The notes under the pieces were generated by a model, which saw only the letters and a list, made by a program, of their open reading frames with translations, had not been told where the DNA came from and ran no database searches. A program made the position numbers and the translations under genes. From contig OZ245015.1 of NCBI GenBank assembly GCA_965223705.1, positions 2,048,001-2,112,000 on the forward strand: a DNA stretch of 64,000 nucleotides, in the 5' to 3' direction. The stretch comes from Myxococcota bacterium (GTDB lineage Bacteria; Myxococcota_A; UBA9160; UBA6930). Of the stretch, positions 1 through 8,320 are shown in pieces. Position 1 is the stretch's first letter, and each line of letters starts with the position of its first letter.

Positions 1-966
1 ACGACCGTACTCACCGTCGGAGCCGTCGAACGGTCCCTGAACGCGATCTACGGGGTGCGCCAGCAACGCACCTGGGTCCGGCGGATTCCGGACTACCTCG
101 CGGTGCTCCTCATCTCGCCGCTCGTCTTGGGAATCGCCGTTTCGCTGCGGACGAGTCTCGAGAGTCAGTGGCTTGTCGACCGCGCGTTGCAGATCCCGCT
201 GTTCGCCGCCGCGTACGGTCTGGGACTCCAGCAAGCGGCGACGGTGTTGTTCATCGTGGGGCTCACGTTCGTCTACTGGTTCTTGCCGAACACGAGCGTC
301 CGCCTCCGCTCGGCGCTCCTCGGCGGCCTCGTCGCGGGGCTCCTGCTGACGGCCATGCACAAGTTGTACGTCGGCTTCAACGTCGGTGTCTTCCGCTACG
401 AAACGATCTTCGGGAGCGTCGCCTTTTTGCCGCTCCTCCTGGTTTGGATCTATCTGTCCTGGGCCGTGATCTTGCTGGGTGCCGAGGTCGCCTACGCCCA
501 CCAGACGTTGCCGCTCTACCGGCGGGAGGTGCGCGGCGCTCCGCCTGGATCCGCGGCGCTCGAGACCGTGGGAATCGCCGTCGCCCTCGAAGTGGCGCGG
601 GCCTTCCGGGATCGGCGTCCACCGTGGGAGGCCGAGGCGCTCTCGGATGCGTTGGACGTCCCTCTCCGCACCGTGCGCGGGGTCCTCGCGGAGCTCGAGC
701 ACGCGGGCATCGTCGCGCCGTGCGGCTCCGAGCGACCCGACCCGGTGCAGCTGGCGCGGCCTGCAGAGACGATCGCGGTCGGCGACGTTCTCGAGGCCCT
801 GCGGGGTTCGCGAGAAACGCGCCTGGGCGTCGAGGAGATACGCGACGCCGTCGTGGGCGTGACGGAGGCGCTCGATCGCGCTTCGGAGACGGCCGAGTCG
901 ACCAGCCTGGCGGAGCTCCTCGACAAGCTCCCGCGCTCCGTGGACACACCGCCCGACGACGAGTAG
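1..966 (+). CDS. YihY/BrkB-family membrane protein with C-terminal Rrf2-like winged-helix domain (5' partial)
   Basis: Frame is open from base 1. TM helices with YihY motifs (LNAIYG, YWFLPN, YETIFGSVAFLPLLLVWIYLSWAVILLGAE), then an HTH-like segment LSDALDVPLRTVRGVLAELEHAGIV...LARPAETIAVGDVLEAL. Confidence 0.85.
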   Translation, partial: TTVLTVGAVERSLNAIYGVRQQRTWVRRIPDYLAVLLISPLVLGIAVSLRTSLESQWLVDRALQIPLFAAAYGLGLQQAATVLFIVGLTFVYWFLPNTSVRLRSALLGGLVAGLLLTAMHKLYVGFNVGVFRYETIFGSVAFLPLLLVWIYLSWAVILLGAEVAYAHQTLPLYRREVRGAPPGSAALETVGIAVALEVARAFRDRRPPWEAEALSDALDVPLRTVRGVLAELEHAGIVAPCGSERPDPVQLARPAETIAVGDVLEALRGSRETRLGVEEIRDAVVGVTEALDRASETAESTSLAELLDKLPRSVDTPPDDE

Positions 967-978
967 CGTCGCCGGACC

Positions 979-2121
979 GTGCGAATCTATCTCGACCACA
1001 ACGCAACCACGCCCATTCGGCCGGAAGTCGTCGACGCCATGGAGCGCGTTCTCCGCGATTGCTTCGGCAACCCGTCGAGCACCCACGCCGAGGGTCGCGA
1101 AGCGAAACGCGAGCTCGACGCCGCGCGGGAACGCGTGGCGTCCCTGTTGCGCGTGCCGGGGCGGGCGCTCGTCTTCACAGGCAGTGCGACGGAAGCGAAC
1201 AACGCCGCTATCGCCCATGCGGCGGCCGCGCGGCCCGGTCGCCCCCTCGCGGCGACGACGGCGGAACACCCGTCGGTCGAAGAGCCGCTGGCCGATCTCG
1301 AGGCCCAGGGGCGGGAAATCATTCGCATTCCCGTCGACGGCGATGGCTTGCTCGATCTCGGCGCACTCGACGCGGCGCTCTCTCGGGAGCCGGCGCTGTT
1401 GTCCGTTATCTGGGCCAACAACGAAACGGGGACGCTCCAGCCGGTCGTCGAAATCGCCGAGCGCGCCGCGGAACACGGGGTGCCGCTTCACCTCGATGCG
1501 ACCCAGGCGATCGGCAAGATTCCGGTGTGCCTCGACGGAATCGAGGCGGCTTTTGTCTCCGGTTCCGCACACAAGTTCAACGGTCCGAAAGGGTCGGGCT
1601 TTCTCGTCGTCCGCGATCCGGTGGCCTTCACGGGTCTCTTGCGGGGCGGACCACAGGAAGCGCGACGCCGGGGCGGAACGGAAAACCTCGCCGGCATCGT
1701 CGGGCTCGGTATTGCGGCGGAGCTCGCCGAGAGGGAACTCGAAAGTCGAGAGAACGCGTACGGCGCACTGCGCGACGCGCTGTGGGCGGGCATTCGCGAA
1801 CGCGTTCCGCGCGTTCGCCGGAACGGCGCGGAAGCCGCGGCGTTGCCCAACACGGTGAACGTCGAGTTCCGAGACACGCCGGGCGACATCGCGCTCCAGG
1901 CTCTCGACCTCGAGGGCATCAGCGTCTCGGCCGGCGCCGCGTGCGCATCGGGATCGATCTCTCCGTCGCGGGTGCTGGTGGCGATGGGTCGATCCACCGC
2001 CGAGGCACACGGCGCGCTCCGGTTCTCGGTCGGTTGGGGCACCGAGCCCGCACACATCGAGCGCACGTTGGCTGTGCTTCCCGATGTGATCGAGCGCGCG
2101 CGAGGGGCGAGCGCCGCGTGA
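979..2121 (+). CDS. iscS: Cysteine desulfurase (IscS/NifS family)
   Basis: IYLDHNATT, GNPSS, NNETG, SAHKFNGPKG (PLP Lys), SAGAACASG (catalytic Cys). Confidence 0.93.
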   Translation: MRIYLDHNATTPIRPEVVDAMERVLRDCFGNPSSTHAEGREAKRELDAARERVASLLRVPGRALVFTGSATEANNAAIAHAAAARPGRPLAATTAEHPSVEEPLADLEAQGREIIRIPVDGDGLLDLGALDAALSREPALLSVIWANNETGTLQPVVEIAERAAEHGVPLHLDATQAIGKIPVCLDGIEAAFVSGSAHKFNGPKGSGFLVVRDPVAFTGLLRGGPQEARRRGGTENLAGIVGLGIAAELAERELESRENAYGALRDALWAGIRERVPRVRRNGAEAAALPNTVNVEFRDTPGDIALQALDLEGISVSAGAACASGSISPSRVLVAMGRSTAEAHGALRFSVGWGTEPAHIERTLAVLPDVIERARGASAA

Positions 2122-3173
2122 GCCGGGTAGTGGTCGGCATGTCGGGCGGCGTGGATTCCTCCGTTGCGGCAGCGCTCCTCGTCGAGGCCGGTCACGAAGT
2201 GATCGGTGTGACGATGCACCTCGCCGGGAGTACGAGCCGCTGCTGCTCCATCGACGACGCCGACGATGCGCGCCGGGTCGCAGCGAAACTCGATATCCCG
2301 TTTTTCGTCGCGAACTACACCGACGCGTTCCGCCGAGAGGTGATGGAGCCCTTCGCCGATGCGTATCTCGCCGGCGAGACGCCGATCCCGTGCGTGGCCT
2401 GCAACAAGCGCTTCAAATTCGACTTGCTCCTCGCGCGGGCAGAAGCGCTCGGTGCGGGGTACGTCGCCACGGGTCACTACGCTCGGATCGCCGGCGACGC
2501 CGACGCGGGCTTCACGCTGCATCGGGCCCGCGATGCCGCGAAGGACCAGTCGTATTTTCTTTATAGCCTGTCTCAAGAACAGCTTTCTAAATCCCTATTT
2601 CCGCTGGGAAATCTCGACAAGAATGAGGTCCGTTCTCAAGCGCGACGGTTCGGTCTCGAGAACGCCGACAAACCGGAGAGCCAGGAAATTTGCTTCGTGC
2701 CCGACAACGACTACGCACGGGTCGTCGCCGAGCTTCGTCCCGACGCGCTGCCGGGCGATGGGCCGATCGTCGAGGAAGACGGCACCACCATCGGTCGCCA
2801 CCCCGGCGTGCAGCACTTCACCGTCGGCCAACGGCGAGGGCTCGGCATTTCTTCCCTGGGCAAGCGGTACGTGACACGGATCGATGCCGATGCGAACCGC
2901 GTGGTGGTCGGCGACGGCGAGCGGCTGGCGCATCGGGAGGCGATCGCTGGCAAGGTCAGCTGGACCGATGACGTCGGACCGGACCAGCCACTGCGCGCTC
3001 GCGTGCGGGTGCGGCACAAACACGTGCCGGTGGCTGCCACGCTCACGCCCGACGGTGAATCGGTGCGGATGTCGTTCGACGAGCCGATTCGCGCGGTAAC
3101 GCCCGGACAGGCGGCGGTCTTCTACCAGGCGGATCGGGTTCTCGGAGGCGGCACGATTCGGGAAGCGCGGTGA
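2118..3173 (+). CDS. mnmA: tRNA 2-thiouridine(34) synthase MnmA
   Basis: GTG start overlaps the iscS stop (GTGA). SGGVDSS PP-loop, PCVACN, ATGHY, KDQSYFL, ESQEICF, TVGQRRG, TPGQ. Confidence 0.96.
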   Translation: MSRVVVGMSGGVDSSVAAALLVEAGHEVIGVTMHLAGSTSRCCSIDDADDARRVAAKLDIPFFVANYTDAFRREVMEPFADAYLAGETPIPCVACNKRFKFDLLLARAEALGAGYVATGHYARIAGDADAGFTLHRARDAAKDQSYFLYSLSQEQLSKSLFPLGNLDKNEVRSQARRFGLENADKPESQEICFVPDNDYARVVAELRPDALPGDGPIVEEDGTTIGRHPGVQHFTVGQRRGLGISSLGKRYVTRIDADANRVVVGDGERLAHREAIAGKVSWTDDVGPDQPLRARVRVRHKHVPVAATLTPDGESVRMSFDEPIRAVTPGQAAVFYQADRVLGGGTIREAR

Positions 3174-3871
3174 GTCTCGCCGAACTCGCGGCGCGCCTCG
3201 GCCTGTCCGCCGCCGACGACCACGCGTGGCTTGAGCCCGCGCTCGAGCACCCGTCCTACGCGCACGAACGTCGCGGAGATCGCGGCAACGAACGCCTGGA
3301 ATTCCTGGGCGACGCGGCGCTCGACCTCGTCGTGAGTGACCTCTTGTTCAGCGAACATCCCGAGTGGGACGAAGGGCGGCTCACCCGCGCTCGCGCTTCG
3401 CTGGTCAACACCAAGGCGTTGGCGTCGCGTGCGAGGGCCATCGAGCTCGGGCGACACGTGCGGCTCGGCCGAACGGAACTGCGCGGCCGTGGGGAAGAGA
3501 AAACACGGATCCTCGCGAACGTCTTTGAGGCACTGGTCGGCGCGAGCTACCTCGCCCAGGGCTACGAGTCGACACGGACGCTTGTCGTGCATCTGTTTGG
3601 CGAACAGCTCCGAGACCCCGCCCTCGGAATGACACGCGATCCCAAAACCGAGCTGCAGGAATGGGCGCACGCGGAACTGGCACAGACGCCGCGCTACGCC
3701 TTGTTGTCGGACAGCGGGGTCGATGAAGCGTCCGATCGGTTCGAAGTCGCGGTGAAGCTCGGCGGGGACGTGGTGGCCACGGCGACCGGGCGCTCCAAGC
3801 GAGAAGCCGAACGCGCCGCGGCCACGGCCGCCCTCCGCTCTTCGCGCGCAGAGCCGGACGCCGAGAAATGA
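3170..3871 (+). CDS. rnc: Ribonuclease III
   Basis: NERLEFLGDA signature; C-terminal dsRBD (DPKTELQE...GRSKREAE). Confidence 0.96.
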   Translation: MSLAELAARLGLSAADDHAWLEPALEHPSYAHERRGDRGNERLEFLGDAALDLVVSDLLFSEHPEWDEGRLTRARASLVNTKALASRARAIELGRHVRLGRTELRGRGEEKTRILANVFEALVGASYLAQGYESTRTLVVHLFGEQLRDPALGMTRDPKTELQEWAHAELAQTPRYALLSDSGVDEASDRFEVAVKLGGDVVATATGRSKREAERAAATAALRSSRAEPDAEK

Positions 3872-4746
3872 GCGGTGCGCACCGTGCGGGCTTGGTCGCC
3901 ATCCTCGGACGGCCGAATGCCGGCAAGTCAACGCTCTTGAATCGTCTCCTCGGCCAGAAACTCGCCATTGTCACACGCAAGCCGCAGACCACGCGCAGTC
4001 GCATTTTGGGCATTGTGACCCGCGACGACGCGCAGCTACTGCTGCTCGATACACCGGGCTTTCACGAGAGCGAGAAGCCCCTCAACAAAGTGTTGAACGC
4101 GGTCGTCGACGATGCCGCTCGCGACTGCGACGTCGCCCTCGTTCTAGTCGATCCGCGCCGCGGCTGCGACGACGGCCACCGGAAACTCTGCGCTCAGCTT
4201 TCCGAAAGGCGCGTTCCCGTGATCGTCGCCGCGACGCAAATCGATCGCCGCGCTGCGGCCGATGCTCCGTGGCCACCGACACTGGACGGTGTCGAGGCGA
4301 CGCCGCGAATTTCCGCGCGAACCGGGGAGGGCACCGAAGCGCTTCTCGCTCTCCTCGCGTCGAAGCTGCCGGAAAGCCCGCGCCTTTACCCCGAGGACGA
4401 CCTGACGGATCGCCCGCTCCGCTTCTTCGCCGCCGAGCTCATCCGCGAAGCGACGTTCGAAGCCTTGTCGGAAGAGTTGCCCTACAGCATTGCGGTGGAA
4501 ATCCGGAGCTTCGACGAGTCCGATCCCGCCATGATCCGAATCCACGCGGATCTCCTGGTGGAGCGCGCCTCCCAAAAAGCGATTGTGCTGGGCAAAGGGG
4601 GATCGAGGATCAAGCAGATCGGGCGGGCGGCACGCCTCGAACTCGAAGCCCTGCTCGAAACGCGTGTCTACCTCGAGTTGTTCGTGCGGTGCGAGCCGCG
4701 ATGGGCCAGAAAGGCCGCGAGAGTTCGCGCCCTCGGGTATCACTGA
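3868..4746 (+). CDS. era: GTPase Era
   Basis: GRPNAGKST, PQTTR, DTPG, EELPY, KH domain (LGKGGSRIKQIG); follows rnc. Confidence 0.95.
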   Translation: MSGAHRAGLVAILGRPNAGKSTLLNRLLGQKLAIVTRKPQTTRSRILGIVTRDDAQLLLLDTPGFHESEKPLNKVLNAVVDDAARDCDVALVLVDPRRGCDDGHRKLCAQLSERRVPVIVAATQIDRRAAADAPWPPTLDGVEATPRISARTGEGTEALLALLASKLPESPRLYPEDDLTDRPLRFFAAELIREATFEALSEELPYSIAVEIRSFDESDPAMIRIHADLLVERASQKAIVLGKGGSRIKQIGRAARLELEALLETRVYLELFVRCEPRWARKAARVRALGYH

Positions 4747-6227
4747 GTTGTCGCGCTCGCCGCCACCCGGCGAACGAGCGCGAAGTAGACCGCGGCAGCC
4801 ACGGCTGCGAGCAGGCCGATCCACAGGCCATAGAGCGCGGGGTCCGTGGGTTTCGGACTGGGGACCGTCCCCGCGACGCCGGTCGCCGCGAGCCCGGCGG
4901 CACCCGCGCAGGCGAGATAGATGAGCAGCGGTGCCAGCAACGGGCCTCGGGTGACGCCCTGACGCGCGAGCCAGATGTGGAGGATCGGGAGGCCGATGAC
5001 GGCGTTCAAGCTCGTGACGGCCGCGAGCCCGGCGACGCCGAAGCGCGGCGCGAGCCACGCATCGAGGACGGCGTTGAGAGCGATGGGAATGATGCCCAGA
5101 AACCAGACCGCTGCGCCGAGGTTTCCCGACGCGATGCACGCGCGCGCAAGAATGCTTCCCCAGACACCGAAAACGACAATTCCCGAGAGGGCCCACAGGC
5201 AGTGCGTCACGGTCATCCTCGCGGCATCGGCTTCTTCCGGACCGAGCAGGAACGTCGCGAGGTCGAAACCCAGGAGCGCGACCAAGAGCGCCGCGGGTAC
5301 CGACAGGGCGAAGCCCGCCAAGGTCGCTCGACGTGTCTCGTCTGCGAACTGGCGCCACGCGCCGCGCGCGGCCGCCTGTGAGAGCGATGCGAAGACGAGG
5401 CCGGACACCGGCGCGACAAGTACGGCTTGGAGCAGCGCGACGCCCCGCGTGGCGTAGCCGAATAGGGCGAGTTCGCCGCTGTGAAGCGAAGCGGCGAAAA
5501 AGGCATCGACGGTGAGATTCACCCGAGCAGAACCCGCGATGAGAAGGACGGGTACGACACCCACCAGACCGAGCGCGGTCTTCGAGCGGAGCGAAAACAT
5601 GTCGCGAAGCGAGAGTCCCGCGAGCCGGAAGCACCACGGAAGTGTGAGAAACGTCGCGACGGTCTGTGCCCAGACCATCGCAGGCAGCGCATCGTCGGGT
5701 GGGGCTGTGAGGAAGCAGACGAGCGACGCGGCCGCTGCGAGAGGCGAGAACGACGCGCACAGGAGATGGCGGCCGCGAAGCGCAGCGCTTTGGATGAGCG
5801 CCGCGACAAGACCGGCGGGAGCGGCTCCCAAGGCCAGCGGTGGCAGCAAACGAATCGCTTCGTGACGGGCGCTCGCGCTGAGGCCCGGTGTAAACGCGTC
5901 GATCATCCAAGCGGGAAACAAGGCGACCGCGCCGATGGCACAGCCGAGGAGCGCAAAGCGTCGGGCGAGCCCGGCCAATCCCTCCTTGAAGGCGCATTCC
6001 CCGCCAGTCTCCCGCAGCTTCGCGAGTTCCGGCATGGCGAGTTGGCCGGCGACCGCGACCAGGAGCGCCGCCGCCAAGGCCGGAATGTTCTGGGCGGCCA
6101 CCCAGCCGTCGACCACGGAGTCGGCGCCGAGGCGCCTCGCCACGGCGAACTGCGCCGCCAACGCAGCGACTTGACCCAAAAGCGCAATCGACGACAGGGC
6201 GTGGCCCCGAGCGAGCAGACGTCGCAT
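4740..6227 (-). CDS. MurJ/MviN-like (MOP superfamily) lipid-linked glycan flippase
   Basis: Many TM helices, with the MviN-like pattern ARRLGADSVVDGWVAAQNIP...VDAFFAASL..GELALFGYA and APRFGVAGLA. Confidence 0.75.
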   Translation of the reverse strand: MRRLLARGHALSSIALLGQVAALAAQFAVARRLGADSVVDGWVAAQNIPALAAALLVAVAGQLAMPELAKLRETGGECAFKEGLAGLARRFALLGCAIGAVALFPAWMIDAFTPGLSASARHEAIRLLPPLALGAAPAGLVAALIQSAALRGRHLLCASFSPLAAAASLVCFLTAPPDDALPAMVWAQTVATFLTLPWCFRLAGLSLRDMFSLRSKTALGLVGVVPVLLIAGSARVNLTVDAFFAASLHSGELALFGYATRGVALLQAVLVAPVSGLVFASLSQAAARGAWRQFADETRRATLAGFALSVPAALLVALLGFDLATFLLGPEEADAARMTVTHCLWALSGIVVFGVWGSILARACIASGNLGAAVWFLGIIPIALNAVLDAWLAPRFGVAGLAAVTSLNAVIGLPILHIWLARQGVTRGPLLAPLLIYLACAGAAGLAATGVAGTVPSPKPTDPALYGLWIGLLAAVAAAVYFALVRRVAASATTQ

Positions 6228-6236
6228 GGCCGCTCG

Positions 6237-6848
6237 TTACGCGATCTCGCGAATCGGTCGCGCGGGAACGCCTGCCACCAGCGTGTCCGCGGCGACGGAA
6301 GCGTTGACCAAGGCCGACGCCGCGATGAGCGCGCCGGCCCCGATGTGGATTCCGTGGAGGACCGTCGCGCCCGTGCCCAAATACGCATCCTCGTCGATCA
6401 CGACGGGCGCCGCCTCCCGCGGAAACGATCGGGCGAGCCGACTCGCGCCGACATCGAGGTGTGTGACGATCGCCGTGCGCGCGGAGAGCGTGGCGCGGTC
6501 CCGGATCTCGATGGGCGCCTTCAAATCCAAGAGAACGTCGGGGCCGACCCAGACCTCGCGACCGATGGATAGATGACAGAACCCCGCTTGGGGGTTCAGG
6601 ACGTGGATCGGGGGCCGAAGCGAGGTCCCGCGGCCGATCGACGCCCCCAGCGCCCGAAGGATGCGCTCCGCGAGCCCCGGCGGCGCGGTCAGGAGCGCCC
6701 GTGCGGCCGCTTCCTCGCCGCGCACGCGATACCACTGCGCGCGCAGATCCCACGAGGCCCGCTGCAACCGGCGCGCGGCACCCGCGATATATCGGAGTAC
6801 GCGCGCCTCGGACGGACGCGGGCGAACGCGTGAGAGCGAGATTCCCAT
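6237..6848 (-). CDS. Hexapeptide-repeat (left-handed beta-helix) acyltransferase, probably a sugar O-acetyltransferase
   Basis: IGREVWVG, IDEDAYLGTGATVLHGIHIGAGALIAASALV, VAGVPAR; start uncertain. Confidence 0.8.
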   Translation of the reverse strand: MGISLSRVRPRPSEARVLRYIAGAARRLQRASWDLRAQWYRVRGEEAAARALLTAPPGLAERILRALGASIGRGTSLRPPIHVLNPQAGFCHLSIGREVWVGPDVLLDLKAPIEIRDRATLSARTAIVTHLDVGASRLARSFPREAAPVVIDEDAYLGTGATVLHGIHIGAGALIAASALVNASVAADTLVAGVPARPIREIA

Positions 6849-6982
6849 CGCTCTCGAATCGGCAATCGACCGGTAACTCCTTAGAACGCGCTCGGCGATA
6901 CCAATGACGTTGGACGGGTACCGTGTGACTGGACGCGTGCGGAGAGGTCGGAGATCCTCTTTGCCGCACCGAGGAGAATCTC

Positions 6983-8167
6983 ATGGCCGCATCCGTCGTC
7001 ATCGCTTCCGCTGTCCGCACGCCGATCGGCGCGTTTCAAGGCAGTTTGTCGGAACTCTCCGCTCCCGAGCTCGGGGCAATTGCCGTGCGCGAAGCCGTGC
7101 GGCGCGCCGGCGTCCCGCCCGAGGCCGTGGAGCGCATTTTCATGGGACAGGTTCTGCCGGCGGCGGCGGGGCAGGCGCCGGCCCGCCAGGCAGCCCTCGG
7201 CGCGGGACTGCCCGATTCGGTCGCCGCGGTGACGGTGAACAAGGTCTGCGGTTCCGGACTCCAGGCGGTGATGTTCGCGCGCCGGGAGATCCTCTTGGAC
7301 GATGCGGCGGTCGTCGTCGCGGGCGGCATGGAGTCGATGACGAACGCGCCTTACGCATTGCCGAAAGCCCGCTCGGGCTTCCGGATGGGCGACGCTCCGA
7401 TGATCGACACGATGGTCCACGACGGCCTTTGGGATCCGTACAACAACGTGCACATGGGCAACTGCGGCGACTTGGTCGCCAGCCACTACGCGTTTTCCCG
7501 GGAGGATCAGGACGCGTTCGCGTTGCAGAGCTACGAGCGCGCGATCGCGGCTCAGTCGGAGGGCCGCTTCAAGGATGAGATCGTTCCCGTGGAGATCCCG
7601 CAGCGGCGCGGTGAGCCGCTTCTCATCGAGGACGACGAAGAGCCGAAGCGCGCGCGCCTCGAGTCCTTGGCGTCGCTGCGCGCGGCGTTTTCGAAGGGCG
7701 GCACGGTCACCGCGGCCAACGCGTCGAGCATCAACGACGGGGCCGCCGCGCTTGTGGTGTGCTCGGAAGCGGCGGCGCGGGAGCACGGGCTACCGGTCAT
7801 GGCGCGCATTCTCGGCGACGCGACTTTCGCTCAGGATCCCCAGTGGTTCACGACGGCGCCGGTTCACGCCATGGCCAAGTTGTTCGAGAAGACCGGGACC
7901 CGCGCCTCCGATTGGGATCTGTACGAGATCAACGAGGCCTTCTCCGGCGTCACGATGGCCGCGGTGAAGGAGCACAGGCTCGATCCGGGGCGGGTCAACG
8001 TGAACGGCGGCGCCGTGTCGTTGGGTCATCCCATCGGTTGTTCGGGTGCGAGAATCCTCGTGACGCTGCTCCACGCCTTGCGCGATCGCGGCGAGAAGCG
8101 GGGGATCGCGACGCTCTGCATCGGCGGCGGTGAGGCCGTCGCGCTCGGAGTGGAGCTACCCAGCTGA
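6983..8167 (+). CDS. Acetyl-CoA C-acyltransferase (thiolase)
   Basis: RTPIG, NKVCGSG (Cys), NEAF, GHPIG (His), LCIGGG (Cys); RBS GAGGAG upstream. Confidence 0.95.
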   Translation: MAASVVIASAVRTPIGAFQGSLSELSAPELGAIAVREAVRRAGVPPEAVERIFMGQVLPAAAGQAPARQAALGAGLPDSVAAVTVNKVCGSGLQAVMFARREILLDDAAVVVAGGMESMTNAPYALPKARSGFRMGDAPMIDTMVHDGLWDPYNNVHMGNCGDLVASHYAFSREDQDAFALQSYERAIAAQSEGRFKDEIVPVEIPQRRGEPLLIEDDEEPKRARLESLASLRAAFSKGGTVTAANASSINDGAAALVVCSEAAAREHGLPVMARILGDATFAQDPQWFTTAPVHAMAKLFEKTGTRASDWDLYEINEAFSGVTMAAVKEHRLDPGRVNVNGGAVSLGHPIGCSGARILVTLLHALRDRGEKRGIATLCIGGGEAVALGVELPS

Positions 8168-8191
8168 GAAAGTCTTGTTATTTCCGAGGCT

Positions 8192-8209
8192 TAGCAGATC
8201 TGCTAGCAT
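8192..8209 (+). promoter_or_regulatory. Candidate operator palindrome overlapping an extended -10 upstream of icmF
   Basis: Perfect 14-bp palindrome TAGCAGATCTGCTA (8192-8205) overlapping TGcTAGCAT. Confidence 0.35.
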
Positions 8210-8320
8210 CGTTGCGACCGAGAGTCATGCCCGAGTGCGGAAACGCCGAAGGCCCATAGGATCGCCTATTCGACCGCGAGAAACGTCCTCAGCGGTCGGT
8301 TCCCCCAGGAGTTTCTTCAG

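Noticed and set aside
168..2117. N-terminal part of the 1001-aa ORF 168..3173
   Set aside because: Arg/Pro-rich off-frame read over yihY and iscS; MnmA starts at GTG 2118
3500..3545. RNase III LANVFEA (Asn in place of an acidic ligand) as an inactive enzyme
   Set aside because: The other catalytic acids are intact, and I recall this variant in ordinary RNase III proteins
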